From positions 419 through 64,418 of the IMG/VR virus record IMGVR_UViG_3300032084_001540: a stretch of 64,000 nt of DNA; one strand, given 5' to 3'. Position 1 is the first letter of the stretch. Each line of letters opens with the position of its first letter. Position numbers and translations under genes: made by a program. This DNA is from a virus (lineage: Duplodnaviria > Caudoviricetes). The notes below the pieces were generated by a model. It made no database searches and was not told where the DNA came from. It worked only from the letters and a program-made list of their open reading frames with translations. Shown piece by piece: positions 63,764 through 64,000 of the stretch.

Positions 63764-64000
63764 TGCCCCTCGGCAATACTTCCTCTGGAAATACAAATTG
63801 TTCATGTGGTTGATCGACTGGTGCCAACCATGCTCTCAATCCTTCGTTGAGAAGGATGTTTTTAGTATAGAAAGTTTCAAACTCTGGATCTTCTGCCGCT
63901 CTGATCTCCTGAGAAACAAAGTCGTAAGCACGAAGATTAAGAGCCAGACCAATGATGCCAATCGATGATGTCCAAAGTCCCATGACTGGAACGAATAACA
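63753..64000 (-). CDS. psbD: photosystem II D2 protein, 3' part (truncated by the window edge)
   Basis: [34 protein letters not shown]...[11 protein letters not shown]. Confidence 0.97.
   Translation of the reverse strand, partial: LFVPVMGLWTSSIGIIGLALNLRAYDFVSQEIRAAEDPEFETFYTKNILLNEGLRAWLAPVDQPHEQFVFPEEVLPRGNAL

Overview
A 64-kb segment of a T4-like marine cyanomyovirus (Synechococcus/Prochlorococcus phage type), mostly encoded on the minus strand. In transcription order (right to left): the 3' end of psbD, talC, glutaredoxin, a glutamine-riboswitch-like RNA with small ORFs, thyX, an NDP-sugar dehydratase, phoH, an exonuclease, gp33/gp59/gp32, a plus-strand gp4-gp2-gp48-gp53 block, baseplate hub genes (gp54-like, gp26, gp51), two large proteins with cell-wall enzyme domains, CP12, gp5, three 2OG-Fe(II) oxygenases, a cluster of signal-peptide proteins, about 26 kb of tail fibre and structural genes, and small early genes with sigma70-like promoters, an SF2 helicase and a ligase-like protein. 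I found no tRNA, rRNA, CRISPR array or integrase. The most unusual elements are: (i) a tandem or nested glnA-like aptamer whose second P2 stem encloses a 54-aa ORF and pairs over its start codon; (ii) an exact 23-bp copy of part of that ORF at the start of a nearby predicted transcript; (iii) a 57-bp repeat just after two different peptidoglycan-enzyme domains in adjacent genes. All product calls come from motif recognition and gene order; no database search was run.
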